In this document: positions 44,863-54,931 of the stretch, one piece after another
How positions within the stretch are numbered: the stretch's first letter is position 1
How the letters are laid out: each line of letters opens with the position of its first letter
Origin: Candidatus Sumerlaeia bacterium
GTDB lineage: Bacteria; Sumerlaeota; Sumerlaeia; SLMS01; JANRJK01
DNA: 64,000 nt
NCBI GenBank assembly: GCA_033764015.1
Contig: JANRJK010000019.1
Coordinates: 4,872-68,871, forward strand
Reading direction: 5' to 3'
The notes under the pieces: generated by a model
Told to the model about the DNA's origin: nothing
The model's database searches: none
Seen by the model: only the letters and a program-made list of their open reading frames with translations
Position numbers and translations under genes: made by a program

Positions 44863-45483
44863 GTGGCCCTTTCCGACGTACCGGTGGAACTCGTTCAGCG
44901 TTGCCGTGGCGGTGACTCCGCCGCCTTCGACGAGCTGTTCACGATGTTGCACCAGGACCTGTACCGCTGGCTCTACTCGCTGCTCCGCAACGAGGACGAC
45001 GCCGAAGAGGCCCTGCAGGAATGCTTCGTCCGCATCTACCGCCACATCGGATCACTCTCCGACGACCGCAAGTTCGCCGGCTGGGTCGGGCGCATGGTGG
45101 TGAACCTTGCGAACACCTGGCGCACCCGCGGCTCCAAGATCCGCTTCGAGGAATTCGAGCCCGCGATCGAAACCGAGGATTCGCAGCTACCGGTGCAGGC
45201 GAAGGCCGGCCCCAACCCGCGCGAAGCCGCCGAACGCAAGCAGGTGATGGCCCGCGTCAACGAAGCGATCACGCACCTCCCGCCGCGGCAGCGGACCGCC
45301 GTCCTCATGTTCGACGTCCAGGGGCACAGCATCGCCCATATCGCCGGACAGCTCGGGTGCAGCGAGGGGGCGGTCAAGTTCAACATCTTCCAAGGACGCA
45401 GGAAGCTCCGCGTCCTGCTCGCCGATCTGGCGGACGAACGGGGCCTCGGCCTCGGCGAACCGGAACCCCGGGGAAAGGAGTGA
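44863..45483 (+). CDS. ECF-type RNA polymerase sigma-70 factor
   Basis: The sigma-2 region (FDELFTMLHQDLYRWLYSLLRNEDDAEEALQECFVRIY) and sigma-4 region (LPPRQRTAVLMFDVQGHSIAHIAGQLGCSEGAVKFNIFQGRRKL) are both present. GTG start. Confidence 0.85.
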   Translation: MALSDVPVELVQRCRGGDSAAFDELFTMLHQDLYRWLYSLLRNEDDAEEALQECFVRIYRHIGSLSDDRKFAGWVGRMVVNLANTWRTRGSKIRFEEFEPAIETEDSQLPVQAKAGPNPREAAERKQVMARVNEAITHLPPRQRTAVLMFDVQGHSIAHIAGQLGCSEGAVKFNIFQGRRKLRVLLADLADERGLGLGEPEPRGKE

Positions 45484-45489
45484 CCAGCC

Positions 45490-46971
45490 ATGGCACCGCA
45501 TAACGAAGACCTCATGGAGCAGGAACTCCCCGCCGGCTGGGATCCCGCCGCCGACGCCGACGAGCGCTGGCTGGCCATCGCCGACTCGCTCCGCGAGGCG
45601 GACCCGGCTCCGCGCCTGCTTCCCGCCCAGAGCGACGCCCTCCGCGCGGAGATCCGCTCGCGCCTCGAGGCGGAGTCGCTCCTGCGCCCCGCCGACGCGG
45701 CGCGCGCCGGCGGTTTCGCCGACTGGCTCCGCACGCTATTCCTCGGCGGCGGCGTCGCCGCGCAGACCGTCCGCCTCGGCGTCGCCGCCGCGATCGCGGT
45801 CATGGTCGTGGCCCCCGACACGCCCCAGCCCGGCCTCGCGCCGGCGAACCGCCCCCGCCCCGTCGACGTTGTGGTGCAGCGCGACCTTCCCGCCGGCAAC
45901 GCGATCGGCGAGGTGGCATCCGCGCCGGAAGCCGCAGCGCAGGCGCCGCCCCCCGCCACGGAAGGGCGGGCGATGGACGAAGTGGTCGCCTCCGCGCCCG
46001 GCACCCGTTCCGAGGTTGCCATGCGCGCATTCCCCGCCGCGGACGCCGATGCGAAGCTGGCCGGCCAGTTCGCGATGGATTCGGGCTTCCCTTCCCTCGA
46101 CGGCGCGCTCCTGGGCCGCGCGCTCCAGCAGGTGCAGGGCATCAAGCTCGCCTCCGTCGCGAAGGACGACCTCCGGATCGGGGCGCAGTTGCGGAACCTC
46201 GAGGCGCTGATCGTCGCCCTCGCCGGCGCCGCCTCCGACCCGGGCATCCAGCTCGAAGTCGCCGCCCTCGCCGAGTACGCCCGCGGCGAGCAGGCGCTCG
46301 AAGCGCTCCGCCCGGACGAGGCGCTCGCCGCCTTCGACGCCGCCCGCGCCGCGTCCCCCGACGGCCTTGTCGGCTTCCTCGCGCTTTACCAGACCGCCCG
46401 CGTCCAGTTCGAGTACCGGAACGACTTCGAGGCCGCCGAGGCGACCTACCGCCGCTGCCTCGACGAGTTCCCCGAGCAGCTCCTTCCCCCCGACGTGCAG
46501 AGCGAAGTGGCGGACCGCCTCCGCCTCCTCGCCCAGAGCGCCCCGCTCGGTCATCGCGACCTGCGCATCTGGCAGGCCGCCACGCGCACCGCCTCGCCGG
46601 TCGCCCGCGCGGACCGGCTGCGGGAACTCCTCGCCTCGTATCCGGATTCGGCCCTCGCCGCGCCCGCGGCGGAGGAACTCGGCGCCCTGCTCGTGGCCGA
46701 CGCCGGCCTCCAGCGCCTGAACCTCGACGACTCGATGGCCCTCCTCGAATCCACCGTCGCCTCCCGCGAGGACGGACCCGAGACCGCGCGGATCCAGTTC
46801 ACCCTGGCGGAGCTGGTGTACCGCCGCGCCATGAACCCCCGCCGCGCCACCGCCGAATACCGCGAAGTCCTCCGCATGGGCGCCGACCGCGAGCTCCGCA
46901 GCCGCGCCGAGGAGCGCCTCGCCAGCGTCGCGGTGGACCGGCTCACCTGGCCGACGGCGATGGAAAACTAG
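45490..46971 (+). CDS. putative anti-sigma factor (single-pass membrane protein)
   Basis: Immediately downstream of the ECF sigma with an AAGGAG RBS. One TM helix (LGVAAAIAVMVVAP) and a periplasmic Ala-rich domain. Confidence 0.55.
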   Translation: MAPHNEDLMEQELPAGWDPAADADERWLAIADSLREADPAPRLLPAQSDALRAEIRSRLEAESLLRPADAARAGGFADWLRTLFLGGGVAAQTVRLGVAAAIAVMVVAPDTPQPGLAPANRPRPVDVVVQRDLPAGNAIGEVASAPEAAAQAPPPATEGRAMDEVVASAPGTRSEVAMRAFPAADADAKLAGQFAMDSGFPSLDGALLGRALQQVQGIKLASVAKDDLRIGAQLRNLEALIVALAGAASDPGIQLEVAALAEYARGEQALEALRPDEALAAFDAARAASPDGLVGFLALYQTARVQFEYRNDFEAAEATYRRCLDEFPEQLLPPDVQSEVADRLRLLAQSAPLGHRDLRIWQAATRTASPVARADRLRELLASYPDSALAAPAAEELGALLVADAGLQRLNLDDSMALLESTVASREDGPETARIQFTLAELVYRRAMNPRRATAEYREVLRMGADRELRSRAEERLASVAVDRLTWPTAMEN

Positions 46972-46976
46972 TCCCT

Positions 46977-47972
46977 GTGGCGGCGCCGGCGGAACCGCAC
47001 TGGCGCGAGGACCCGGTGACCCGCGAGCGGGTCATCATCGCGCCCCTCCGCGCCGCCCGTCCCTTCACCGCCCCCGCGCTCGCCGCCGGGCCGCCGTACG
47101 ACGCCGCCCGCGATCCCTTCGCCCCGGGCAACGAATCCGAGACCCCGCCGGAGATCGCCGCCGTCCGCGCCGGCGGCGCCCCCGCCGACGGGGTCGGCTG
47201 GACCACGCGCCTCGTCCCGAACCGCTATCCGGCGCTGACGCCCAACTGCGTCGCCCCCGCGCCCGGCCCCGGAGGTCCGGGCCACGGGTTCCACGAGGTC
47301 CTCATCGAGTCCCCCGGCATGGAACCCTTCGACGAACTCCCGCCGGCGCGCGCCGCCGACGCCTTGGTGCTCCTCGCGCGCCGCGTCGCCGAGCTTTACC
47401 GCGAGCCCGGCGTCGCGGCCGTCGAGGTGTTCAAGAACCACGGACGGCTCGCCGGCGCCTCCCTCGAGCACCCGCACTTCCAGCTCCTCGCGCTGCCCTT
47501 CCTGCCGGCCCGCACCGCGGCGGTCGTTGACTCTGTCAAGGAATACGCCGCGCGCACGGGGCGCGACCTCGGCGCCGACCACGTGGCGGGGGAGGAGGCC
47601 GCCGTGGAGCGCCTGCTCCACCGCTCGCCGCGGTTCCTCTGCGCCTGCCCCTTCGCCTCGCGCGTCCCCTTCGAGCAGGCCCTATGGCGCCTCGGAGGCG
47701 CCGCGCCCTTCCACGGCGAGCCGGAGGACGCGCTCTCGGAGGCGGCGGAGCAGTTCCGCGCCATGGTGCGCCGGATGCGCCGCGCCTGCGGCGACCCGCC
47801 TTACAACGCGCTGCTGCGTTCCCTGCCGCCGGGCTGCGGCGCCGCGCTCCCCTGGAGCCTGCACCTGCTGCCGCGCCGCGGCGTCTTCGGCGGCTTCGAA
47901 TGGGCCACCGGCGCCTACATCAACTCGACCCCGCCGGAGGACGCCGCCGCCCGGCTCCGGGCCGCGGTGTGA
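46977..47972 (+). CDS. GalT-branch HIT family nucleotidyltransferase/phosphorylase (galactose-1-P uridylyltransferase / Ap4A-phosphorylase-like)
   Basis: GFHEVLIESP..., HPHFQL (HxHxQ) HIT-like motif, Cys/His zinc site upstream. GTG start. Confidence 0.7.
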   Translation: MAAPAEPHWREDPVTRERVIIAPLRAARPFTAPALAAGPPYDAARDPFAPGNESETPPEIAAVRAGGAPADGVGWTTRLVPNRYPALTPNCVAPAPGPGGPGHGFHEVLIESPGMEPFDELPPARAADALVLLARRVAELYREPGVAAVEVFKNHGRLAGASLEHPHFQLLALPFLPARTAAVVDSVKEYAARTGRDLGADHVAGEEAAVERLLHRSPRFLCACPFASRVPFEQALWRLGGAAPFHGEPEDALSEAAEQFRAMVRRMRRACGDPPYNALLRSLPPGCGAALPWSLHLLPRRGVFGGFEWATGAYINSTPPEDAAARLRAAV

Positions 47973-49277
47973 TCAGCGCCCCGCGGACAGCTCCGCCAGC
48001 ACGGTCCGGTTGCTGATCCAGGGGAACTGCATCGCCTCCGCGTTCTTCGCGAAGTCGGGGTACGTCATCTCGACGAAGGCGGACAGCTCCCGCGCCATGT
48101 CCAGCGCGTCCTTCGGCGGGCAGGGGACGGTGCCGTGCGCGAGCACCAGCCGCCGCCGCGCCTCCAGCACCTGCTGGAACGACGTGTTCTCGCGGAACGC
48201 GGTTCCCAGCGGATGGCCGAGGGTCTCGAGCAGTTCGTAGGACCGGCGCAGGCCGAGCTTGATCGTCGCGTCGTCGATCCTGCGCAGCGACTCGAACATG
48301 GCGCGGCGCCGCGGCGGCACGCGCCGGATGTCCAGCCGGTCCGTCCGCAGGCCGTACTCCTTGAAGATCACCGCCTGCGCGTAGAGCTCCGCCGCGCGGT
48401 AGAGGCGGGCAAGCGCGTCGTCGAAGCGGTGCTCGCGCAGGCGGCGCACCGCGTTGTTGAAGAGGTCCACGATGAGTTCCGGCGGGAAGTCCACGCACTC
48501 GCGCCCGGTGCGCGCGATGGGGCGCAGCAGCTCGATCGCGCGCGGGCGCAGCCGCAGCCCCTTCAGCCTCCCCTTCGCGGGGATCCGCGCCTCGTGGCGC
48601 TCGTACTCCGACAGGAAGGTGTCCACCTGGAAGTTGTCCCACGCGCCGTAGGCGACGGCGAACGCCTCGACCAGTTCGCGGCGCTCGCGGGCCGGGGGCG
48701 GCAGCAGCGAGGCGTCCAGCGAATGCGCCGTCTCCGCCGCCTTGTCGAAGCGCTGCTCGAAGAAGAAGTCGGTCGCCTCGTCCAGCCGGCGCCGCGCGAC
48801 GAGCGCCGCCGGCGTGCTGGCGTGCACCGCTTCGGACGCGCCGGCGCTCCCCTTCGGCGCGGGCAGCAGGTAGCGCAGCCCCTCGATCCCCGCGCCGACC
48901 GCCGCGAGCACCGCCCCCGCGGACATCGCCTTGGTCCCCGCGGTGTAGTTCAGCACGATCCGCCGCCGGTCGAAGCCGCCGTCCAGCAGCGCCTCGATCT
49001 CCTCGCTGGCCCGCGAGTACGCCTCGTCGATCGAGTGGTGCGACTCTAGGAGCACCAGCCGGAACTTGCCCTTCGGCAGCCGGAGGCCGGCGCGCAGCCG
49101 TTCCGCGTTGTCGACCGAATCGCCGGTGGCCATCACCGACAGGTGCGCCGGGCGCAGCGGCTTCAAGTCCGCGATCAGCGCCTCGACCACGTCGCTGGGG
49201 ACGCCGGAGGGCGTGGTGCCGATGGTGACGAGGTGGGCGGTGTCGGCGTTTGTCGCGGCGGGGGGCTTGCGGGGCAT
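47973..49277 (-). CDS. CARF-HEPN protein (Csm6/Csx1-like, TIGR02710-like), standalone
   Basis: N-terminal Rossmann-like CARF core: LVTIGTTPSG (strand 1 plus Thr-rich loop), LSVMATGDS, and IVLNYTAGTKAMSAGAV, which matches the CARF [DN]x[ST]xxx[RK] / GTK motif. The C-terminal alpha-helical domain carries RRLREH (Rx4H, HEPN). Confidence 0.6.
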   Translation of the reverse strand: MPRKPPAATNADTAHLVTIGTTPSGVPSDVVEALIADLKPLRPAHLSVMATGDSVDNAERLRAGLRLPKGKFRLVLLESHHSIDEAYSRASEEIEALLDGGFDRRRIVLNYTAGTKAMSAGAVLAAVGAGIEGLRYLLPAPKGSAGASEAVHASTPAALVARRRLDEATDFFFEQRFDKAAETAHSLDASLLPPPARERRELVEAFAVAYGAWDNFQVDTFLSEYERHEARIPAKGRLKGLRLRPRAIELLRPIARTGRECVDFPPELIVDLFNNAVRRLREHRFDDALARLYRAAELYAQAVIFKEYGLRTDRLDIRRVPPRRRAMFESLRRIDDATIKLGLRRSYELLETLGHPLGTAFRENTSFQQVLEARRRLVLAHGTVPCPPKDALDMARELSAFVEMTYPDFAKNAEAMQFPWISNRTVLAELSAGR

Positions 49278-49449
49278 CGGCGGGGCGGGCTCCAGGCGGT
49301 CTGGTGGATGGGCGACCGTTCACGCCGGGCCGCCGCGGGGTCAACGGCCCCTTGCCCGCGGGGAATCCGCCCTTGCCACGCGAGCGGCGCGTTCACCTCT
49401 ATGTCCAAGACGCGCACAGCGCCAAACGCCAAGCCCCGCAGGACCCCGC

Positions 49450-49734
49450 ATGAAGCTCAACCCCGGACTCCGCGAACAGACCGAAGAGAAGGTGCTCCTC
49501 GTCGTGCGCTCAAAGAGCAACGGCGGCACCCGCATAGACTGGTTCCCCTCCGTCGAGGAGGCGCAGGCCCACGACATGGAAGTCCTCGAGGTGCGCGAGC
49601 GCATCCAGCTCGCGAAGAAGCCCGAGGCCACCGGCTTCATGAAGCTGCTCGAAATGACGCTGGGCCGCGCCGCGTCCCAGGACCGCCTGATCCACGAGAA
49701 GACGCTGCGCCAGAAGGAATACTTCCGCCGCTAG
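49450..49734 (+). CDS. hypothetical small protein
   Basis: 94-aa ORF MKLNPGLREQTEEKVLLVVRSKSNGGTRIDWFPS... upstream of pilT. No family recognised. Confidence 0.35.
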   Translation: MKLNPGLREQTEEKVLLVVRSKSNGGTRIDWFPSVEEAQAHDMEVLEVRERIQLAKKPEATGFMKLLEMTLGRAASQDRLIHEKTLRQKEYFRR

Positions 49735-49777
49735 CACCGGCGCGCGCGGACCCCACACCCGAGGAGCTACCACCGCC

Positions 49778-50872
49778 GTGGCGATGAACTTCAACGCGCT
49801 GCTCATCGGAGCCGTCCAGAACGGCGCCTCCGACGTGCACATTATCGAGGGACAGCTCCCGTACTTCCGCATCCGCGGCGACCTCAAGCGCGTCGAGACA
49901 CCGCCCCTCTCCCACGACGACATGGTCGCCCTCCTCAAGCAGATCATGCCGGACCGCTACAAGTCCGACCTCGAAGCCAACTACGGCGTCGACTTCTCCT
50001 ACCAGCACGAGACCATCGCCCGCTTCCGCTGCGTCGCCTACTACCAGGACAGCAAGCTCGCGGTCGCCATGCGCAACATCCCGCTCAAGGTGCCGTCCAT
50101 CGACGACATGCACCTGCCCGAGGTGCTGAAGAAGATCGCCATGCTGCACCGCGGAATGGTGCTCGTCACCGGCATCACGGGCTCCGGCAAGTCCACCACG
50201 CTCGCCTCGATGCTGAACCACATGAACACCCTCGAGGCGCGCCGCATCATCACCATCGAGGACCCGATCGAGTTCAAGTACGCCAACGTGAAGAGCGTCA
50301 TCTCGCAGCGCGAGATCGGGCGCGACGTCGCGGACTTCCCCTCCGCGCTCCGCCAGGCGATGCGCGCCGACCCGGACGTGATCCTGGTCGGCGAAATGCG
50401 CGACCAGCAGACGATCCGCATCGGCATCAAGGCCGCCGAAACGGGCCACCTCGTCTTCTCCACGCTCCACACCCGCGGCGCCGTCCACACGATCCAGCGC
50501 ATCATGGGCTACTTCGACCTCGCGGAGCACGACCTCCTCCGCGACCAGCTCTCGCTCAACCTCGCCGCCGTCATCACGCAGCGGCTCGTCAAGACCGTGG
50601 ACGGCAAGGGCCGCCGCGCCGCCCAGGAGATCATGATCGTCAACGGCATCATCAAGAAGCTGATCCGCGAAGGGCGCGTGCTCGACATCGGCGGCGTCAT
50701 GGCGGGCCGCGACGAAGGCATGCAGAACATGGACCAGGCGCTCGCCGAACTGGTGCGCGAAAAGGCGATCTCGACGGACGAAGGCGCCAAGTTCTGCGAC
50801 GACTTCTACGCCATGAAGCGCTACATCGCCGGCGTCTCCTCCTCCGCCGACAAGGGCGGCATCGTCGGCTAA
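49778..50872 (+). CDS. pilT: type IV pilus retraction ATPase PilT
   Basis: Walker A GITGSGKSTT, AIRH/His-box region and Asp box are all PilT-like. GTG start at 49778 or ATG at 49784. Confidence 0.9.
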   Translation: MAMNFNALLIGAVQNGASDVHIIEGQLPYFRIRGDLKRVETPPLSHDDMVALLKQIMPDRYKSDLEANYGVDFSYQHETIARFRCVAYYQDSKLAVAMRNIPLKVPSIDDMHLPEVLKKIAMLHRGMVLVTGITGSGKSTTLASMLNHMNTLEARRIITIEDPIEFKYANVKSVISQREIGRDVADFPSALRQAMRADPDVILVGEMRDQQTIRIGIKAAETGHLVFSTLHTRGAVHTIQRIMGYFDLAEHDLLRDQLSLNLAAVITQRLVKTVDGKGRRAAQEIMIVNGIIKKLIREGRVLDIGGVMAGRDEGMQNMDQALAELVREKAISTDEGAKFCDDFYAMKRYIAGVSSSADKGGIVG

Positions 50873-50895
50873 GGGCCGCGGCGCGCAACCCGGCC

Positions 50896-51495
50896 ATGTG
50901 GCTCGTCGTCGGACTCGGCAACCCGGGCACTCGCTACGAGCGCACGCCGCACAACTTCGGCTTCGACGTCGTCGACCTCTTCGCGCGCCGCCACGGCCTG
51001 CGCTGGCACGAGGAGCGCCGCTTCCAATGCGCCGCCACCCACCGGGGCGAGGGCGAGGACCGCGTCTACCTCGCCAAGCCCGCCACGTTCATGAACCTCT
51101 CCGGCGAAAGCGCCGGCCCCTTCTCGCGCTACTACAAGATCCCCCCGGAGCGCGTCCTCGCCATCAGCGACGACGTCGCGCTGCCGATGGGGCGCCTCCG
51201 CGTCCGCGAAGGCGGATCCAGCGGCGGCCACAACGGCCTCAACAACCTCATCCAACACCTCGGCACGCAGGACTTCCCGCGCCTGCGCCTCGGCATCGAG
51301 CCCACCGGCGTCCAGAAGATCCCGCTTCGCGAGTTCGTCCTCATGAAAACGCACGGCGCCTACGCCGAGGACGCCGCCTACATGACGGAGATCGCCTGCG
51401 ACTGCCTAGAGGCGATCCTCCGCGACGGCGTCGCCAAGGCCGCCGGAAAGTACAACGGCTTCGACGCCCGCAAGGCCGCGGAGGGAGCGGATTGA
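50896..51495 (+). CDS. pth: peptidyl-tRNA hydrolase
   Basis: [23 protein letters not shown]...GGHNGLNN is the canonical Pth sequence. Confidence 0.9.
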   Translation: MWLVVGLGNPGTRYERTPHNFGFDVVDLFARRHGLRWHEERRFQCAATHRGEGEDRVYLAKPATFMNLSGESAGPFSRYYKIPPERVLAISDDVALPMGRLRVREGGSSGGHNGLNNLIQHLGTQDFPRLRLGIEPTGVQKIPLREFVLMKTHGAYAEDAAYMTEIACDCLEAILRDGVAKAAGKYNGFDARKAAEGAD

Positions 51496-51623
51496 CAGGC
51501 GCTCCGGCGCGGTTCCCCGTCGCGATCCTCCAAGCGGAAAGGCTTGACAGCACCTTGGCCGCCGAGGCTCACTTCCACGCTTGTGTTATGGCGGTATTCG
51601 CCGCCCACCCGCAGGAGTCCTGA

Positions 51624-52001
<378 letters not shown>

Positions 52002-52090
52002 CCTCAGACCCCAGACTTCATACGCTCCGAAAGGTTTCCACGGTGCCCAAGCGCAAGAAAAAGGACCAGCGGTCACGCAGCCAACGCAAG

Positions 52091-52564
52091 ATGTCGCGCC
52101 GCCGCATACCCCCCGGCCGCGGCCTAGTACCCGATCTCCGCTACGGCAGCACGCTCGTCAGCAAATTCATCAACGCCATCATGGTCGACGGCAAGAAGTC
52201 CGTCGCCCAGTCGATCTTCTACGGCGCCATGGACATCATCAAGGCCAAGATGCCCGAGCAGGAGCCCGTCGAGGTCTTCAACAAGGCGATCGACAACATC
52301 AAGCCGATCGTCGAAGTGAAGAGCCGCCGCGTCGGTGGCGCCAACTACCAGGTCCCCATCGAAGTCAAGACGCACCGCCAGCAGGCCCTCGCCTTCCGCT
52401 GGCTCGTCAACTACACCCGCGCACGCGGCGAACGCGGCACCGCCGCCAAGCTCGCGAACGAGGTCATGGACGCCTTCAACGGCACCGGTGGCGCCTTCAA
52501 GAAGAAGGAAGACACCCACCGCATGGCCGAAGCCAACAAGGCCTTCGCCCACTACCGCTGGTAA
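52091..52564 (+). CDS. rpsG: 30S ribosomal protein S7
   Basis: [37 protein letters not shown]...[19 protein letters not shown] at 52043 with a Lys-rich extension is an alternative start. Confidence 0.9.
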   Translation: MSRRRIPPGRGLVPDLRYGSTLVSKFINAIMVDGKKSVAQSIFYGAMDIIKAKMPEQEPVEVFNKAIDNIKPIVEVKSRRVGGANYQVPIEVKTHRQQALAFRWLVNYTRARGERGTAAKLANEVMDAFNGTGGAFKKKEDTHRMAEANKAFAHYRW

Positions 52565-52675
52565 CCCGGCCGCGCGTCCGCGCGCGAGCAGTCGACCCCG
52601 AACAACAAGCGCGCCCCGCCGGACCATCCGGCGGGGCGGTTTCGTTTCGCTTCGAGACCAAGAGCTGCGCCCCGG

Positions 52676-53698
52676 CTACCGACCGGGTGCGAAGTCCAAG
52701 GTCGCCTCGTTGAAGACGAGCCGCCTTCCGGTCTTCGAGTTCGGATCCTCGAAAATCGGGATCGGCGCCGCCCCCGAATCTCCCGACCGGTAGAACAAGG
52801 AACGCTCCGCCAATCCCGCCGGCGAGACAATGTCCCGAGCAGGATCAACAGGGCGAACCTCCTCCAGCGTATACGTACTCCGGCTCTTCGCGACCGCCTC
52901 GTACTCCCCCAACAGGGCGCGCAGCTCCGCGGCGGATGTTGCGCTCCGGAGGTCGGTGCGGATCCCGTAAGAAGTCTCCGTCACCTGATGACCGGGCTCG
53001 TTCGGACGGCCTCCGGATGTTTGCATCGAAATCGACGGGAGAAAGGTCACCTCGGAGCCGCTGCCCCAAACCACGGCGGTCCCTGCCGCACTCCTCGTGA
53101 CGCTTCCATTGGAAGCGTCGATGAAGTCGAAGAAACCGCTGTAGGTGGTGAAGCCCTCTTGCGTTGCGACTGGTTCCTTCCCCGACACCCAGAGCACGCC
53201 CGGCTCGGGGGCCGATATCAGGTACGGACGCGAGGACCTCGAAACCTCTTCCACCATCAACGCCCGGCTGGACACGGAATCCGGGCCAACGATCATGTCT
53301 CCGACTACACTGAAGGGGGGAACGAACGTGGCAACGCTTGAGGCACTCGGGAACGCCGTGTAGGCTCCCCCCATCCATTCCACGGTCAGGACGCCATCCC
53401 AGAACATCAAGAACTGTGGCGAGGCCGCAAGCGTCGGGTCGGTCGTCTCCATATGCTGGAACACGACTGATCGATCCGTAGCAATCGCCTTGAAGTCAAA
53501 AGACTTGGACTCCGACGGCGCCTTCCCGCCGCCTGCCTGTTCGGAGCGAAGCGAGTAACGGAACACGGTACCGGACTCCAACGGCGCGATGGCCGAGTAC
53601 AGCTCTAGCGCTTCGCTCGGGGTTGATTCGACGACCTTCATGTTGATCGGCGCCTCGACCGATGCGCCGAGGCTGAGAACTAGGAATGCGAGGACCAT
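52676..53698 (-). CDS. secreted hypothetical protein (lower-GC gene)
   Basis: Signal peptide MVLAFLVLSLGASVEA. 340 aa, GC about 58%. No family recognised. Confidence 0.5.
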   Translation of the reverse strand: MVLAFLVLSLGASVEAPINMKVVESTPSEALELYSAIAPLESGTVFRYSLRSEQAGGGKAPSESKSFDFKAIATDRSVVFQHMETTDPTLAASPQFLMFWDGVLTVEWMGGAYTAFPSASSVATFVPPFSVVGDMIVGPDSVSSRALMVEEVSRSSRPYLISAPEPGVLWVSGKEPVATQEGFTTYSGFFDFIDASNGSVTRSAAGTAVVWGSGSEVTFLPSISMQTSGGRPNEPGHQVTETSYGIRTDLRSATSAAELRALLGEYEAVAKSRSTYTLEEVRPVDPARDIVSPAGLAERSLFYRSGDSGAAPIPIFEDPNSKTGRRLVFNEATLDFAPGR

Positions 53699-53716
53699 CT
53701 GGTGTCTCCTTTCGGG

Positions 53717-54160
53717 TCAACCTGCGGGGAAGCTCAGGCTCGGATGATTGCAGCCGATCGTGCTGTAGAAGACCGTCGCAAGACCGAGTCGACAGGAGTA
53801 ACTGCCGGTTCGGCGGTTATAGATCGTGGTCCACGGTCTCCTCGTAACGCAGGGGATCGTTCCGGCGTTGCACTCCTTGTTAATGGCGGCCGCGCAGGAA
53901 GCGAAGTTCGGAGTTGGGTCGTACTGGTAAGCGTCGATGGTATCCGCGCAGGATTGCCAACCGTTCGGCAAGATTCCACAGTACCCCGCGCCTGGTTCAA
54001 GGCAGATATCGTAATCGTCGTCGGGTGGGACCACACACGGATTGGCCGTCAACACGCATTCGGCTCCCGGCCAAACCTCCGCGTGGACTTTCGCCAAAGT
54101 TAAGGGGATCGCCGACAGCACAGCAAGCGCTGAGAGTAGCCCGGTGATGGATCTCCTCAT
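53717..54160 (-). CDS. small secreted Cys-rich hypothetical protein
   Basis: Start at MRRSITGLLSALAVLSAIPLTLAKVHA (signal peptide). The mature part has about 12 Cys. The TTG-initiated extension to 54238 is rejected. Confidence 0.45.
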   Translation of the reverse strand: MRRSITGLLSALAVLSAIPLTLAKVHAEVWPGAECVLTANPCVVPPDDDYDICLEPGAGYCGILPNGWQSCADTIDAYQYDPTPNFASCAAAINKECNAGTIPCVTRRPWTTIYNRRTGSYSCRLGLATVFYSTIGCNHPSLSFPAG

Positions 54161-54332
54161 CTCTATCTCCCTAAAGGGTGGAAATCTCACTCGATCAAGT
54201 CGAGATAGGGGGTCGCTACCCCCCCCCTCATCCGTCAACAGAAAACTTCAAGCGGTCAAGGCGCGATACCTTGCGCCGATTCCGGCGCGGCGCGCCTCCG
54301 CCCCGCCGGCGATCCCGGCTAAATCCCACCGC

Positions 54333-54383
54333 CCACTCCAAAAGCCGGCGCGCCGGGAGGCTTTCGGCCCCCCGGCGCGCGGC
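54333..54383 (-). terminator. rho-independent terminator after rplL
   Basis: Stem GCCGGCGCGCCGGG / CCCGGCGCGCGGC with a 12-nt loop and one bulge, followed on the minus strand by UUUUGG. Confidence 0.6.
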
Positions 54384-54433
54384 TGTTGTCCGCGTCCCGA
54401 TCCGGAACGCAAGACCTTGTGGAAGCGGCCTGC

Positions 54434-54811
54434 TTACTCGATGACGACGACGGCGCCGACGGCCTCGAGCTGCTTCTTGACCTTCTCCGCGTCGGCCTTC
54501 GGGACGTCCTTGACGACTTCCTTCGGGGCGCCTTCGACGAGATCCTTGGCCTCCTTGAGGCCGAGGTTCGTGATCGCGCGGACTTCCTTGATGACCTTGA
54601 TCTTCTCGGCACCGCCGTCCTTGAGGATGACCGTGAACTCGGTCTTCTCCTCAACGGGGGCCGCCGCCGCGGCCGGAGCCGCGCCGCCCGCTACCGCCAC
54701 CGGGGCGGCGGAGACGCCGAACGTCTCCTCCATCAGCTTCACAAGCTCCACCACTTCCATGAGCGGCTTCGCCTTGATCGCCTCGACGATTTCCTGGTTC
54801 GAGAGAGCCAT
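54434..54811 (-). CDS. rplL: 50S ribosomal protein L7/L12
   Basis: [35 protein letters not shown]...Ala/Pro hinge...[25 protein letters not shown]. Confidence 0.95.
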   Translation of the reverse strand: MALSNQEIVEAIKAKPLMEVVELVKLMEETFGVSAAPVAVAGGAAPAAAAAPVEEKTEFTVILKDGGAEKIKVIKEVRAITNLGLKEAKDLVEGAPKEVVKDVPKADAEKVKKQLEAVGAVVVIE

Positions 54812-54931
54812 GATTCGAATCGTTCCTTTCCGAACGTCAGAGTGTTTGTCCCCCGCTACCCGGGGGGGGCGGGGCCGCTGCGGGCCACCGCGTTGGGAAC
54901 TACGCCAATGGGTTCGGGCCGGGGCGCCGCG

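Noticed and set aside
45036-46247. 403-aa minus ORF antisense to the ECF sigma/anti-sigma genes
   Set aside because: The sigma-2 and sigma-4 motifs are on the plus strand.
47920-49344. 474-aa minus ORF in an alternative frame over the CARF-HEPN gene
   Set aside because: It is Arg/Pro/Gly-rich. The 47973..49277 frame carries the CARF and Rx4H motifs.
51480-51623. Sigma-70 type promoter for rpsL (cttgaca ...)
   Set aside because: A -35-like hexamer is present but no acceptable -10 at the right spacing. High-GC organisms often deviate from the consensus, so no confident call is made.
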